Shown here: positions 49,965-63,860 of the stretch, piece by piece
Layout of the letters: each line of letters starts with the position of its first letter
Position numbering within the stretch: the first letter of the stretch is position 1
Origin: Chrysomallon squamiferum
Taxonomy: Eukaryota > Animalia > Mollusca
Length of the DNA: 64,000 nt
Reading direction: 5' to 3'
NCBI GenBank assembly: GCA_012295275.1
Contig: CM022676.1
Span: forward strand, 2,418,001-2,482,000
The notes under the pieces: generated by a model
Seen by the model: the letters and a program-made list of their open reading frames with translations, nothing else
The model's database searches: none
What the model was told of the DNA's origin: nothing
Position numbers and translations under genes: made by a program

Positions 49965-50600
49965 GAATGTGCCACCAGTATGCGAAATGTGATCGTATCG
50001 ATGTACCAGCTACAATTATCATCGACGCCCTGGAAACAAATATTTACAAATCTCTCAATTTTGATTAAATTTCAATTTGTACCAACTCTGTTCCTGAAAA
50101 GTGACACATCTATCTCTGGATATACGTAGGAACAGAGAGTTTCGAATTTTTCATATTGAGTTAACAGATTTTTAGGCAAAACTTTACTTCGAAAAAGATT
50201 CGAGAAGTGGAGAGCCAATCAGGTACAGCTCTTTTCTCAGCATTTCACGTTTGTTTTCTTCTCTTATTTCTTTTTCCTGTCGTCTGCACTCAGCTTCACT
50301 CCATTTCATGCATGAATGAAAAACTGTCTCCTCAGTGGCGTTCAGATCATCAGGTTCAAATATGTTTCTAAAACATTCGCGACACAGATCTGTGAGACCC
50401 TTTGAATTCAGTACAGCTTTGCTATTTTCCCAAATATATCTCAGACACGTTTCGGTGACATCGTCTTGTTTATTGATGTGATATTCTACCAACATGAAGC
50501 ATGCGTCGACTATAGTCATTTTCGTTTTAAGATATTTAAGACATCTCTTTTCTAGATTAGTGACGTCATACTTCCTCGCAAGGTACAATACTTCTCGATT
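49965..50600 (-). pseudogene. BTB-BACK fragment with start of a PHR-like region (BTBD1/2/3/6-like)
   Basis: ORF 50184..50588 begins LYLARKYDV. After a stop and frameshift it continues VLPKNLLTQYEK...IERF...WY.DTITF. Confidence 0.8.
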
Positions 50601-51610
50601 AGAGTTAGGTCCCTTAGATGAGATCTACTCTCTAAGTTTTCGATCGTTTTAAAGTTTCAAAGTGGTTCTTTATATCTTTACTTATTTATTTATTCTATCC
50701 TGTTAATTTTGCTTATTGTTGTTATAATAAAAAAAATCAGTAAATAAAATAGTTTATTGTGTCTTTTGATTATTATCAGAATTTATTATTTATTTTTGTA
50801 CTTATTAAAATTCTGAAATTTATTTGTTTTTAAATTTTCTGTCAATTTTTAATTAACTGAATTTTGTTTCTTTTACAATTGTATATGCATTCAATACCAG
50901 AGGTTTTTCTCTCTGTAACTGTGCTTCTGACTGTGTGTGTTTGTGTCTGTCTGTATACATATATATATATATATATATACTAAGCAAAGAAAAAATCCTA
51001 TCGATTAGAGTTAGGTACCTTTCGTGAGATGTACTCACTAAGTCTTCGATCATTTTAAAGTTTTAAAGTGGTTCTTTATTTATCTGCATATTTATTTACT
51101 CTATCCTGCCTACTTTGCTTATTGTTGTTATAATAAAAAAAAATTCATTAAATAAAATAATTTACTGTGGCATTTGTTAGAATCGGTTTTTTACTATCAG
51201 AACTTATTATTTCTTTTGGAATTTATTAACATTCTGAATTTTTTATTAAAAATGTACAGGCAATTTTTAATTAATTGAATTTTGTTCCTTTTACAATTGT
51301 ATATGCATTCAGTCCTCTGTTAAGTGCGTGTGTGTCTATTGTTGTTATATATATATATAAAAATAAGCATATATATACTGTATATATATAAAATAATAAA
51401 ATTTTTTGTGTTATTTCATAGAATCGGTTTTATAATACCAGTATTTATTATTTTTTTTTTTGTATTCATTAATATTCTGAAATTTATTTGTATTTAAATT
51501 TTCAGGCAATTTTAAATTAATTGAATTTTGTTTCTTTTACAATTGTATATGCATTCAGTACCAGAGGTTTTCTCTGTGTAAGTGTGTGTGTTGGTCTGTC
51601 TGTATCTGTC

Positions 51611-51651
<41 letters not shown>

Positions 51652-52150
51652 AAAGCAAAAAAAAATTATATCGATTAGAGATAGGTCCCTTAGGTGAGAT
51701 GAATTCACTAATTCTTAAAAATTTTAAAGTTTTAGAAACTGGTTCCTTTTTGTATGCTTATTTACAAACATATATTAGACTGAGGTCCAATAGGTGAGAT
51801 GTACTCACTAATTCTTCGATCGTTTTAAACTTTCAAAGTCGTTCTTTATTTGTTTACTTACTTATTTCTTATATATCCTATCTACTTTGCTTATTGTTGT
51901 TATAATTAAAAAAATCAGTAAATAAAAAAAAAATTGTGTCATTTGACGGAATCGTTTTTATAATATCAGTATTTATTATTTCATTTTGTATTTATTAATA
52001 TTCTGAAATATGTTTGTTTTTAAATTATCTCGCAATTTTTAATTAATTCAATTTTGATTCTTTTACAATTGTATATGCATTCAGTACCAGAGGTTTTTCT
52101 CTGTGTAGGTGTTTGTGTGTGTGTGTATGTGTCTGTCTGTCTATCTATAT
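50600..52150 (-). repeat. Short inverted block of the 12.5-19.7 kb satellite (~4-5 units)
   Basis: Reverse-complement marker CATTCAGTACCAGAGGTTTTT and (TG)n/(TCTG)n cores. Confidence 0.9.
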
Positions 52151-53520
52151 ATACTTAATTATTTATGAAGATACTTCCGTTCTTCCTTACTCGGATAATT
52201 ATTTACTTACTTACTTTATTTCTTCATCATGTAACTATTTACGTACTATCTTGCATTATTATTTACTTAGGTAATTTTTTATGTTCTTACTTACTTTTTT
52301 AGTTAGTCAGGTAATTGTTTACGTGCTTATATTCTTACTTACTTACTTAGGTAATTATATTCTTACTTACTTACTTTATTTCTTACTTACTTATTTTATT
52401 TCTTACTTAGGTATTTATTTACGTTCTTTCTTACGTTCTTTTTCTTAACTAATTATTTACGTACTCACTTACTTCCTTACTTATTTAGGTAATTATTTAG
52501 GAAAATACTTCATTTCTTACTTATTTAGGTAATTATTTACGAACATTCTTCCTTTCGTTCTTATTTTGTTAGCTATTTACCTACTAACTTGTTTTGAAAG
52601 TTATTTAGGAAATGATTTACGTACCACTTTTCTTTCTTACATACTTTGGTAATTATTTACCTACTAACTAGCTTTGTTGCTTACTTAGACTATTATCTAC
52701 GTTCTTACTTGCTTTCTTACTTACTTACTTTACTTCTTATTTAGGTAATTGTTTTTCGTATTTACTTAGTTTCTTGTTTACTTAGGTAATTACATATGAA
52801 CATACTTCCTTGCTTACTTACGTAATTATTTACCTACTTACTTACCAACTTTATTTCTTACATATGTAATTATTTACGTAATTACTTGTTTTGTTATTTA
52901 CTTAGGTGTTTATTTACGTTCTTACTTAGTTTTCTAATTCGGTAATTAATTATGTTCTTACTTTCATTTTTACTTATTTTGGTAATTATTTACGCATTTA
53001 CATAGGTAATTATTCAAGTACCTACTTTCTTTCCTCTTTTTCCTAGGTAATTATTTACATACTAGCATTTTCTCCTACCTACATAATTATTTACGTACTT
53101 TCTTTCTTACTTAGGTAATGATTTAAGTACTTACTTACGTTCATTCTTACATAGGAATTTATTTACGTACTTTCTTACTTTCCTTCTTGCTTAGGTAATT
53201 ACTTGCTTTATTACTTACCTAAGTAATTATTTACGTACTTACATGTTCTCCTACCTACATAATTATTCATGTACGTTCTTTCTTACTTACTTAGGTAGAT
53301 ATTTACGGACTAACTTACATTCTTACATACTTCCTGATTATTTACCCACTTCCTAATTTCTTTCTGTCTTTGGTAATTATTAATGTACTTACTTTCTTCT
53401 TTCCTTAGGTAATTATTTACGTACTTGCATACTGTCTTTCTTTGGTAGTTATTTACGAACTTACATACTTTTGTTATTACTCAGGTTATTAGGTACTTAC
53501 TTTATTTCTTGCTTATGTGA
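52150..53520. repeat. Degenerate minisatellite (TTACTTAGGTAATTATTTACGTAC core)
   Basis: Dozens of imperfect copies of GGTAATTATTTAC. Confidence 0.85.
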
Positions 53521-53671
53521 ATATTTATGAACTTGCTTACAAACAAACACATACCCATAGACACACACTAACATATACACATATATTCTATTACACAAGA
53601 CCATTTACATAGGAATATACACATACATGCAGAGATAAATATAGGCATATACGCATACATATTTATTTGTG

Positions 53672-53796
<125 letters not shown>

Positions 53797-54417
53797 TTCT
53801 GTTGAGAACTCATCACTGCTGTCAAACAAGAAATTAAAACAAAGTATTTTTTCTATTATTCGTGACAAAAGTTAAGTAAATGTATTACACAGAAAGAAGC
53901 TATAACTAAACAATACAAATGATACAACTACCGGTACACCAAGCAGTACACACATAAAATGAATCTCCTTTCTGATATTAATTATCCTACGAATATAAAA
54001 CATCAAAATACTCATATAAAGTAAATCTCGTTGCTAATATTATTTATACTGCAAACAATAGATCAGCTTGTTAATATGAATTATTCTGCAATCATCCCAC
54101 ATATAAAATAAATCTCATTGCTAATATAAATACATACAAATACAAAACACGAAAACGAAATCCATTTAAACAAACAAACAAACACATACCTTCTTTATTG
54201 AAAATATGAATCACATGACGTTTATTCAGAATTAATTATCATAAAACGAAATATAGTTATGTTCTTTAAAAAAGGTTTGATATCCTGGAGGGATAAGACA
54301 CTGTGTCTACAATTTAAATAAGTGTAACTTAATCATACTTTCTACTGCATTACATAAAATTCATGTAGAGAAAAACAAACACACGTACGTACAAACACGG
54401 GTCTGTATTTTAATTGT

Positions 54418-54693
54418 TCAGTATTTTCTCGTACAAATCTTTTGCTGTCGTGACTTGGAAAATGTGACCATATTCATTCTATTGTATTCCATTGTCATAT
54501 CCTGTGATGTCATCAGACCTACTTTGCTGCAGTGCATCACGTGATCTGTCTCTATTGTGATGTCTTGGTCTAGATTTACATAATTTCTTCTGTTTTCTGA
54601 CTCATAATTGGTTGATCCGCTTCCGAGTCGGTTTTGTTCAGCTGAGTCACGTACTTTGACTCTATGCACTTTATACTATGACGTCTTACATAG
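54418..54693 (-). pseudogene. Cytoplasmic-tail exon, frameshifted (YVRRH / SAEQNRLGSGSTNYESENRRNYVNL...)
   Basis: TTACAG acceptor, phase 2. An indel after ~8 codons separates the juxtamembrane frame from the Tyr-motif frame. Confidence 0.65.
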
Positions 54694-54835
54694 CTGTAAT
54701 ATAATCATTTATTTAAAAAAAAAAGATCATTTTTTAGAGTTGCATGCTTTATATATATAGCTGGATACGTAAGGAAAAAAATGAAGAGACAGACAGACTA
54801 CTGTAGAGAGGAAAAGACAAAACAACACTGCTTCA

Positions 54836-55104
54836 CCGTTTCTTGTCACTGAGAGATACAGTGTGTGTTAAAACAGAACTTCATCTGTTCTGACACCCAG
54901 ATAGTCTAGGTGGGTCATCTTTGATTCTGTCTGTGTATGGGTACGAGATCCACTTCATGTCATCAGCATGCTTCCACTGCCACGACCACGACTGTGCTGG
55001 GTTACCAACATTTCCATTACACCTGAACTCTACAGTTTCATTGACAACATAGGAGTTGAACTCCTTTCTTGGTGTCACGACCATTTCAACTTCACCTGGC
55101 TTTG
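54836..55104 (-). pseudogene. Ig C2/I-like exon with GGA changed to TGA (54881-54883) and 3' truncation
   Basis: Paralog of 10444 and 32242. Homology ends after HTVSLSDKKR; TM exon is missing. Confidence 0.88.
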
Positions 55105-55560
55105 CTGAAACAGATAAAATCACGAAATAAATAAACAGCGTTTTTCTATAATTTAGTTCAGTTACATATATAGATATAGATATAGATAGATAGATAGATA
55201 GATGAATTTTGTATTATATACAAATGTACTTTTTTCGACTAATTTTGAAAAGTAATTGTTTGTGTTGAACATTTTTATTCTCGCTTATTGACTCAGATCT
55301 TTTACACAAGTACAAATAACAGACATAAAACACATGAACATTTCACATTATCTGAAATGACATCTTCACTTACTTTCTCTAGTAATGTTCTATAATCAGT
55401 AATAACAGAAGTGAATTCACCCAAATTCGTCAATAACTAATATTATATAAAACCAAGTATTAACTTCCTTTCGTTTGTAAAGTTATATAATCAGCAACAA
55501 CACAAATGAAATTCTCTAAATGCACGACAACTCATAAAAATAAATCATGTTTTCACTTAC

Positions 55561-55962
55561 TTTGAATGGTAATGTTATCAGAACTTTCAGAGGTATCTGG
55601 ACAACCAGTAAATGTGGAATAACCAATTACACATAAATATTCTCCTGAATCACTGCAAGTCATACCTGTCAGTTGAATCTGGACAAAAGATCCTGATTTG
55701 TCATTGTTGTCAGACTTTCCTGTCACTGTCGCTCTAGATACAAAATTGTTTACATCTTTTGAAACAGATTTACCTCCATTCATTAGTGTGACAGCAGAAG
55801 CTATCGTAACATCAGTACTGGGATTGCTGAGAAGTCTTCTTCTCACTGATACAGAATTAAGTACATCAACATGACTGATGGTGTTACCAAGACTACATCT
55901 GACTGTCACAGGAACTCCTTCATAAACAGGACTTGGGCTGATTGTGAGTTGTGCGGCTTCAC
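55561..55962 (-). CDS. Intact Ig V-like domain exon (GEAAQLTISP...VRCSLG...CSDSGEYLC...NITIQ)
   Basis: 402 nt, open, TTACAG acceptor, GTAAGT donor, phase 1-1. DxGxYxC motif; lacks the canonical C-strand Trp. Confidence 0.9.
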
Positions 55963-56518
55963 CTGTAAATAAACATGAACAAAGAAATAACTTTAAAATG
56001 TAGTAAAGGTTTTCAATGTCAATGTTATATATTTCTTAATCTTCATAATACGTTTATCATATAAATCAGAAGAAAACATTAATTTTTATTTAATGTGTTT
56101 GCTTCCATATTTCAAATATTTGATCACATATTGTAGCGAAATTGCAGAATTTTTCTATATCAAATTTATAGAATAATAGATTAGTAATGTATTTAAACAA
56201 ATTTAAACCACTAAGTTTGAAAAAAAAAAATGAAACAATAATATTCTCAAGAGATTATTTAAAATGCAAAAGATTAATAACAGAATAAAAACATTTTTCG
56301 AAATAAAATGTAAATAAAAACACCCCAACACATATACAGAGACACACACACTAATACATTATATGTACATTACATACAATCAGTTAGATAAAATAGAATG
56401 ATAAATAAAATTAATTTGTTAAACGCATTTATAAAAAAAATCACTTCCTGTATTTCTCGATAGGTCAAAACTGAAGACGTATTTAGAGATAAAAAAAAAC
56501 AAATTAAATAAAACTCAC

Positions 56519-56573
56519 CAGTTGAAGTCAATGTTAAACTTGTTAACAAAATAACAATTATTACTGTGGTAAT
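56519..56573 (-). pseudogene. Leader exon type B with ATG changed to ATT: (I)TTVIIVILLTSLTLTST(G)
   Basis: 55 nt, GTGAGT donor. No upstream in-frame ATG seen. Confidence 0.75.
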
Positions 56574-57688
56574 GATTAAACAATCTAAGAACAACGAAAA
56601 AGAAGAAGTGTAACAGCGAGCTACTCCCTAGTTAGTTTCCACAAGTTGTAAATTATGGGTCACGTGACCAGTGAGATATAGAAGGTATACCCTCTGTGAC
56701 TGTTGTCTCCCCTCTTCTACCGAACATTTCACAAATTAAATCGGCAATTTAACCGTGAGTTAGTTTTAGAACAGTAATTAACCTTCATAAACTGTTGAAT
56801 TGTACGGACATTCTGACATACTTGTTAGAGACATACAACAGGAGATGATTTTGTTTTATTCTAAACAGAGGGCGCTAGTAACACTCTGGATGAAAGCAGA
56901 TACAAAACAACATGAAAATGAAAGAGAGAAGAGGTTCAAGGGAAAGAGAGAAGAAAGTTAAAGCAAGAAGAAACAGAAAAGAGATTACTTTTATATGTAC
57001 AATTCATTTATCTTTTAAAAATATTATAACTAATAACTGTTGTCCACTGTTAAAGAATTTCCAATCTCAATATAACAACAATGTCCTATCCCTAGTTCAA
57101 ATGTCACATTAAAACACAGATTCCAAAAAAAGAAATCAGTACTGGTATAAAAGAAAGCAAATCGCTAAGAAAAATAATTAAAAGTTAAAGAATAAATAAA
57201 TATTAATGAATTAATGAAAAGGAACCAAACGATGACGAAAGTACACACTAAATATAACAAATCATCGAAGAACGATGAGTGCGCGTCAGGGAAATAAAAT
57301 ATAGCTTTTATAACTTTTTCTTTCTTTGTTTCTTTCTTTATTAATTTATTTATTGATTGATTTATTTGTTTATTTATTTATTTGTCTTAAAAAAACATGA
57401 CATGGGCTGATAAACATCTTTAAACAAACCACTTTATAAACTAGTAAACATGCTTACCACCATCAGTATTTATATTTTAAACATATTCATTAATTTAACT
57501 AAAATGAAATTGAAGAAAATAATTTTGTTGTCATTATCCGACTAGAAATTAAATCAAATTTTGCATTTTAAGTTAATCATTACGATTCATATTTGAAATA
57601 TTTCTGAACTTAAGTAATAAAAACAGAAAATCTGTGACGTAAGATTTAAAGAAAACAAGATTACTAATACTTTTCAAAAACTATTTAC

Positions 57689-57822
57689 CAGAGCGAAAAC
57701 TGAATCATGTTAAGTACGTTGTTACCAGCTGTGAATCGATTTATGCAAGATATCCTTTCGTGTGCATTGCGAATTATCTGTAGCAAAAAAAAAAACACAT
57801 GTGAAACGTAATTAACAAGGTA

Positions 57823-57896
<74 letters not shown>

Positions 57897-58423
57897 CAAC
57901 AACAATAATAATAATTATGATAAACCACATCACAAGATTTCCAAAGCATAACAAAGACAAACTTTTCTCTCTATGTAAGTCTGTTTGTCTTTCTGCTTAT
58001 CTACTTAACACATATACATACCTATCTTTCTATACACTGTCTGTCGCTCTGGCTGTCTATATATCTGTCTTCAGCAGTAATCACAAATTATTTATTAATA
58101 ATACTCAAACGTTATTGCTCTATCTCTCACAAGCATAACACACGTTTAGACATAAACATAGACGCATGTACATATATAATACATACACTAGAACATATAC
58201 ATAAAGACAGATAACAACACATATATAAAGCTACACAGAAATATACATTCACATACACTGAGGAATGCACACAAACAGACAAACTCACAGACACAAACAT
58301 ACACAAGATAAAGACAGGTTAGTTTTAAATTTACCTCAGCTTCTGGCCAAGTCACTCTCAGACGCATCAGACCGTAACAGGTTTTTACCTAGCGTGTCCA
58401 ATATCTAGGTCATCGCGTCCGTT
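57689..58423 (-). pseudogene. C-type lectin pseudogene exons A (58335-58423) and B (57689-57777)
   Basis: Paralogs of 11623-11711 and 11031-11118. Exon A has TGA and TAG; exon B has a +1 frameshift and two stops (GYLA*IDSQ...). Confidence 0.78.
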
Positions 58424-60245
58424 CTGCTTCCAGAAAACTCACACACAGTATAACATTATTACTTGATTCTATCTACATACAAATACATACAGATTCAAGT
58501 AAACCAAAATTTGTATTTAGATATACACACATGCCTGCACACATAAATAAAGACATACAAAAATACATACCTATACATAATGCATGCAGATATGCATGTA
58601 TGTTATACATATTCACATTTATTAATACTCTGTTAGAACATTTTCTAATTTGCATTTATGCTGAACTGAATATATATAAAACGACAAGGAATAAACGTAC
58701 AGCCTCTGTCATTGACATAGTGAATTTATCGAAACGTCATTATTGCATCTTGTCGTCGTATGTCTATCTGAAGACCTGTCTGTATTTATGTGTGTATGTT
58801 TGTGTTTGTATGTGTGTGTATGTCTGTTTGTATCTGTTTGTATGTGTGTGTGTATGTCTGTGTGTATGTCTGTATGTAAGTGTATGTCTGTGTCAGTGTG
58901 TATGCGTCAGCGGCATCTTTCGGGTTTGTGACGTTCTGATTGGACTTTGTTCTCCTGCGAATGTGCCGTCCCGAAAATTGTCTACGAGCAGAGACTAATC
59001 AGACGTACAGAGAATAGTCAATGAAATTCTAAAATACATAAATAATACATCCATCCGGGTTTACAGATATCCATATGAAACATTCAGGCATACATATATT
59101 TTTACCTGTGAAACTTTAAATTCCATAATCCTGCGTCTGAAATCGTGTAGAAAAAAAAGTCGGTGTTATATATTCACATTTATTTATACTCTATTACGAA
59201 ACGTTTTAATTTGCATTTATACTGAATAACATATTTTCATCTAAAAATTGAATATATATATATATATATTATGTATGTATATGTATGTATGAATATACAC
59301 ACACATATATACATATATATATATAATGAAAACAAATAAGCCAGTGTTATTTAACACAGTGTTTTTATCGAAGCATCAATTCTGTGTCTAACTGTCAACC
59401 TTTCTTTATTTGTGTGTTTTTTTTGTATTGTTCCTGCTTATTTTAATTTCGATTTTTTATTTGTTTGTTGTTACCGTCATCATCATTACCAATGTTATTA
59501 TTGTTATTGTGTTTTTTGTTTATTTGTTTTCTTTTTTCTTCTTTTGTTTATTTATTTGTTGGTTTATTATAATTGTTCTTTGAATTATATAAACATTAGC
59601 CGTAGATTTATAGTAAGAAACACTATTGACAAACTCAATATATTCCAGCTAAACAGGAAGGAGTGTGTGTGTGTGTGTGTGTGTCTGTGATTGTGTGTGT
59701 GTACACACATACACACAGAAACACAGACATGTAAGTATAAAACACTTTAACTTTAATATGATTGATATAACCGTCACAAGAGATTTATGACTTAGTTCTT
59801 TATTCAGTATAAATACATATCTACTTAAGTCTAAACCCATTTTTAAAGTAATATCATCACGCATTTATTATTATTAACTGTGTAATTTCATATAGTATGT
59901 AATCCTGAACTAAAGAGTTAGCAATATTGCTATTCGGTGGAGCCGTCTGTTGAATTATTACAAAGTTATATTCTGTAACAAAAGAGTAACACGTGACTGC
60001 AGGCAATACAATTGATTTTGACTGAAGCAGCGTGTGATATATTCTGTACTTGAACATTTAAAATGTTTCAAATATTAACAACTGTATATTCCTTATGCCG
60101 TAGCGTCTGTTTGTTCCAAATTTAAATATTTAAAGCGTTTGGAATATTATTAACTCTGTATATTCGTTATAGCACGAGATCTTTGCGTACGAATATTTTT
60201 CTGTTTAATTTCATTAAAACATTTGCAGTATATTACGGTTCTGTT

Positions 60246-60300
60246 ATGGCGGACTGGTTTTACGTTCTGTTTATGGTGCTATTTCCAGTTACATCTGTTG
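60246..60300 (+). CDS. Leader exon of divergent Ig receptor: MADWFYVLFMVLFPVTSV(G)
   Basis: ATG, hydrophobic core, 55 nt, GTGAGT donor. Confidence 0.8.
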
Positions 60301-60906
60301 GTGAGTTTTAGTTAGTTCAATAATTATTTGACATTTAGTTGTTGAAATCCCAGGCATAATTTTTACCAGTAATAATTAGTGGCGATAATAAATGAAAATA
60401 GTAGTAGACTCACAGTAAACTCGTGCTACCTGTTTTAATATTAACATTAGAGTTAATAAAAGGGATAGTAGAAGCAGATATAACAGTAGCAATGTTCGTG
60501 GGAGTAAATACAATATAAACAGGTGTTGTTTAGGTCTGTTATGTTGACTGAACTACGGTCATATTATAATAATTAAAATAAAGAATAGATTAATCGGTTT
60601 TAGAAATAAATATAAGACATACTTTATATCTTGGTGCAAGAGTGAGGCAGGATCATACTCAGGGGCAAAATGTCAATACATTCGTGTCCTCAATGTCTCA
60701 GTATGGGTGATTGGTCGCATCATGACAAGCATAAACGAATCAGTTCTTTTGGCATAATCACGTGAACTTAGTCTGTGTGTATCCATCGCAAATAAAAACG
60801 TTTCTTTCACAGAAAAAAGAAGTTGGGTATTTTATCATCATCAATATTATTATTTATATCATTATCAGTATTATGTTGTTGTTGTTGTCGTATTTTACAA
60901 CTGAAG

Positions 60907-61295
60907 GAGTCAAGCTAACAGTAACTCCACGGACTATCACGGCTGGTGAAGAAAGACCTGTGACAATTAAATGTGAGGCTGGTAATTTACTTCGTCAAGT
61001 GCAGGGATTCAGCTTGGTTGTAGTAAAACACGGAGTCGCACAGGGTGTTAGAATACTCGCCAGCGCCACAGTGTTTGACAACAACGGCAAAGCGCTATCA
61101 AAGGATACGTCACTTGCAACACGAGCGTCCGTTACCGGAAAGATAGACAACTCTGATAAATCAGCGACGTTTGTACAGACAGAGTTGTCTAAACTGTACT
61201 GTAACGACTCAAAGAATTTTTGTGTGAAATCACGTTTATCAAACCGGACAGCACCAATGCTGTTTCGGAAGACAGACTTGATATTACAATACTCA
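60907..61295 (+). pseudogene. Ig V-like exon with -1 frameshift at ~61211-61213
   Basis: 389 nt. GVKLTVTP...KCEAG...RASVTGKIDNSDKS.TFVQ..L..LYCNDS; the shifted frame EFLCEITFIKPDSTNAVSEDRLDITIL matches the paralog EYLC...ITIL. GTAAGT donor. Confidence 0.85.
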
Positions 61296-61303
61296 GTAAG
61301 TAA

Positions 61304-61545
<242 letters not shown>

Positions 61546-62005
61546 TTGATTTATTTATTGATTTATTTATTTGTTTATTTCTTTGTTTGTATTTTGTTTT
61601 CTTTTTTGCCCTCACTCTGGTAAATCTGTAAGAAAACATTCTTGTATGAATATTACTTTGTATATTTTGCATTACGTTTGACTATATTCTTCTCTGCATT
61701 ACTCATTGATTCTCTGTACCTGTCTGACTGTCTCTCTGTCTCTTTGTCTATCTACCTCCCTATGTAATTATCTATTTATCTCTGCACCGTTCCATTATTT
61801 TATTTTTTTAATTAATTAGAATTGAATATATTTATCTAGGTAAATGTATGAATATATAAAATGTTTATTTCTCTATATTTACACATACATACACATATAA
61901 ATTTGCAGAAACACTCTCTCACGCCAACACATACACACACATAAATAGATAGATAAATACTATTTTACCAGTGCTCTACGTATTAACGTCCAGCCTTACT
62001 TTTAG

Positions 62006-62356
62006 GCAAACCAGACAACATCGAGATGCGTGTCATCCCATGGCACAGTGATGACTCTTACCACGTGAATGAAACAGTAGAATTTGTCTGCTCTGGAAAT
62101 GTGGGGAAAGCGCCGCCGTCCAAGCCGTGGTGCTGGCAGTGGAAGTCTCCTGCCACGAACTCCACCTGGCTCTCCTACCCCTACCCTGACAGGCTAAACG
62201 AGTACACGTACGAGGGTAGCGGGCTGACGAGTTGCGAACACAGACGAGGGTCGACATTAACACACATTGTGGAGAGAGATGAAGATGGCCGCATATTTCG
62301 TTGTCTGGTTAATAACAGTGAAGTGTATTCTGACAGTTTCACCATATATGTGCGCG
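62006..62356 (+). CDS. Ig C2/I-like exon (KPDNIEM...FVCSGNVGK...WCWQWK...FRCLVNN...SDSFTIYVR)
   Basis: 351 nt, open, TTTTAG acceptor, GTATGT donor, phase 1-1. Confidence 0.9.
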
Positions 62357-62420
62357 GTATGTGATATTACGGTCACCATATACCGTTTATATCACTGGCT
62401 TCTTTGCTATTAACACGAAA

Positions 62421-62460
<40 letters not shown>

Positions 62461-62621
62461 ACAAAATTATACATATGCACATACGTAGTGTATTCACATA
62501 TACACACAAATACATACAAACATATATCATATATAATGTACGTATATGTATATGTGTATGCATGTATGTTTATATATATCTGTACATAGCATGTCTGTAT
62601 GTCTATTTTTATTTCACTTAG

Positions 62622-62720
62622 CCTTAACGACGCCATTGATTCATAAAAGCAAGATAATAAAAGCTGAGTCTAAATTAACATCGTCTACGTTCACAGCATT
62701 GGTTGTTGTAGCCGCCGTAG
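62622..62720 (+). CDS. Truncated duplicate of the TM exon, possible in-frame stalk exon (ALTTPLIHKSKIIKAESKLTSSTFTALVVVAAV)
   Basis: CACTTAG acceptor, AG|GTACAG donor, 99 nt, phase 1-1. Confidence 0.55.
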
Positions 62721-62851
62721 GTACAGACGTAGTATATTCACATATACAAACATATGCACAGAAACATATATATAATGTATGTATAATCTGTATGTGTATT
62801 TATGTATATGTATACATTTCATGTATGTTTGTCTATTTTTGTTTCACTTAG

Positions 62852-62990
62852 ACTTAATAACCCCATCGATTCATGAAAGCAAGGTAATGAAAGCTGAATC
62901 TACATTAACATCGTCTATGTTCATAGCATTGGTTGTCGTAGCCGCCATTTCATCTTTTTTACTGATTGTAGTCACCGTGTTATTTATCTG
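62852..62990 (+). CDS. TM exon (DLITPSIHESKVMKAESTLTSSMFIALVVVAAISSFLLIVVTVLFI)
   Basis: 139 nt, phase 1 to 2, GTACGT donor, ~24-residue hydrophobic helix. Confidence 0.85.
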
Positions 62991-63014
62991 GTACGTGTAG
63001 TATCAATAATTACA

Positions 63015-63150
<136 letters not shown>

Positions 63151-63277
63151 GTTATATTTTATTATATTTTTTATTCACCAATTTCTTACATTTAATATAG
63201 TTTTTTATTATTATGCTGTCCATATTTTCCCCTTGTTTTTAGTTTTATATTATTTATTTATTTATTTATTCGTTCAG

Positions 63278-63404
63278 TTATTCCAGAAGTCAAAGAAAAA
63301 ATCGAGCGATCGCTGGTGCCACGGAAGAGAAAGGAGGAAAGTACGAGGCTGTTGAATCGAACGACTGTTATCAGCCGGATAATTCAACAAATGAATCAGT
63401 TTAA
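63278..63404 (+). CDS. Cytoplasmic-tail terminal exon (CYSRSQRKNRAIAGATEEKGGKYEAVESNDCYQPDNSTNESV*)
   Basis: TTCAG acceptor, phase 2, basic juxtamembrane residues. YQPDN matches YQPEN of the 7348 paralog. Confidence 0.72.
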
Positions 63405-63529
63405 AATTACAGATCTGTTTCATATCAATACAAATTTGATTCATGGTATTATTGACGTTTTTCAGAATACTACTGATGCATTTCTACAACAATTAAATAT
63501 TTCTTAGCAAATCTGGCTCTTCATTACAT

Positions 63530-63860
63530 AGTGACGTATTTTATTATCTTACCTCTGTACTTCTTTACTTAGTGATACACTGATGTATTTCCTTACAGTA
63601 GTGATGTGTTGGAGTATTTCATAACAGTAGTGACTTCTGACGTATTTCATAGCAGTAATGATGCTTTGACGTATTTCCTTACTGAAGTGATGTAGCTCAT
63701 AACAGTCAGGATGTACTGACGTATTTCATGGCGACTTTTCTTACAGTAGTGATGCAATCATGGATTTTAATAATACTAGTGTAGAACTGACATATTTCAT
63801 AACAGTAGTAATATACTGACTTATTTTATAACAGTAGTGATGTACTGACGTAACTTTTTA
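63530..63860. repeat. ~31-bp degenerate minisatellite (ACAGTAGTGATGTACTGACGTATTTCAT)
   Basis: About 9 imperfect copies. Confidence 0.75.

Noticed and set aside
55561-55962. Calling the genes FREP or CREP
   Set aside because: No fibrinogen domain and no C-terminal lectin domain in the window; only the Ig style is similar.
63316-63507. 63-aa ORF as the cytoplasmic tail
   Set aside because: Out of frame with the phase-2 TM donor. The in-phase frame ends at 63404 and shows homology to paralog tails.
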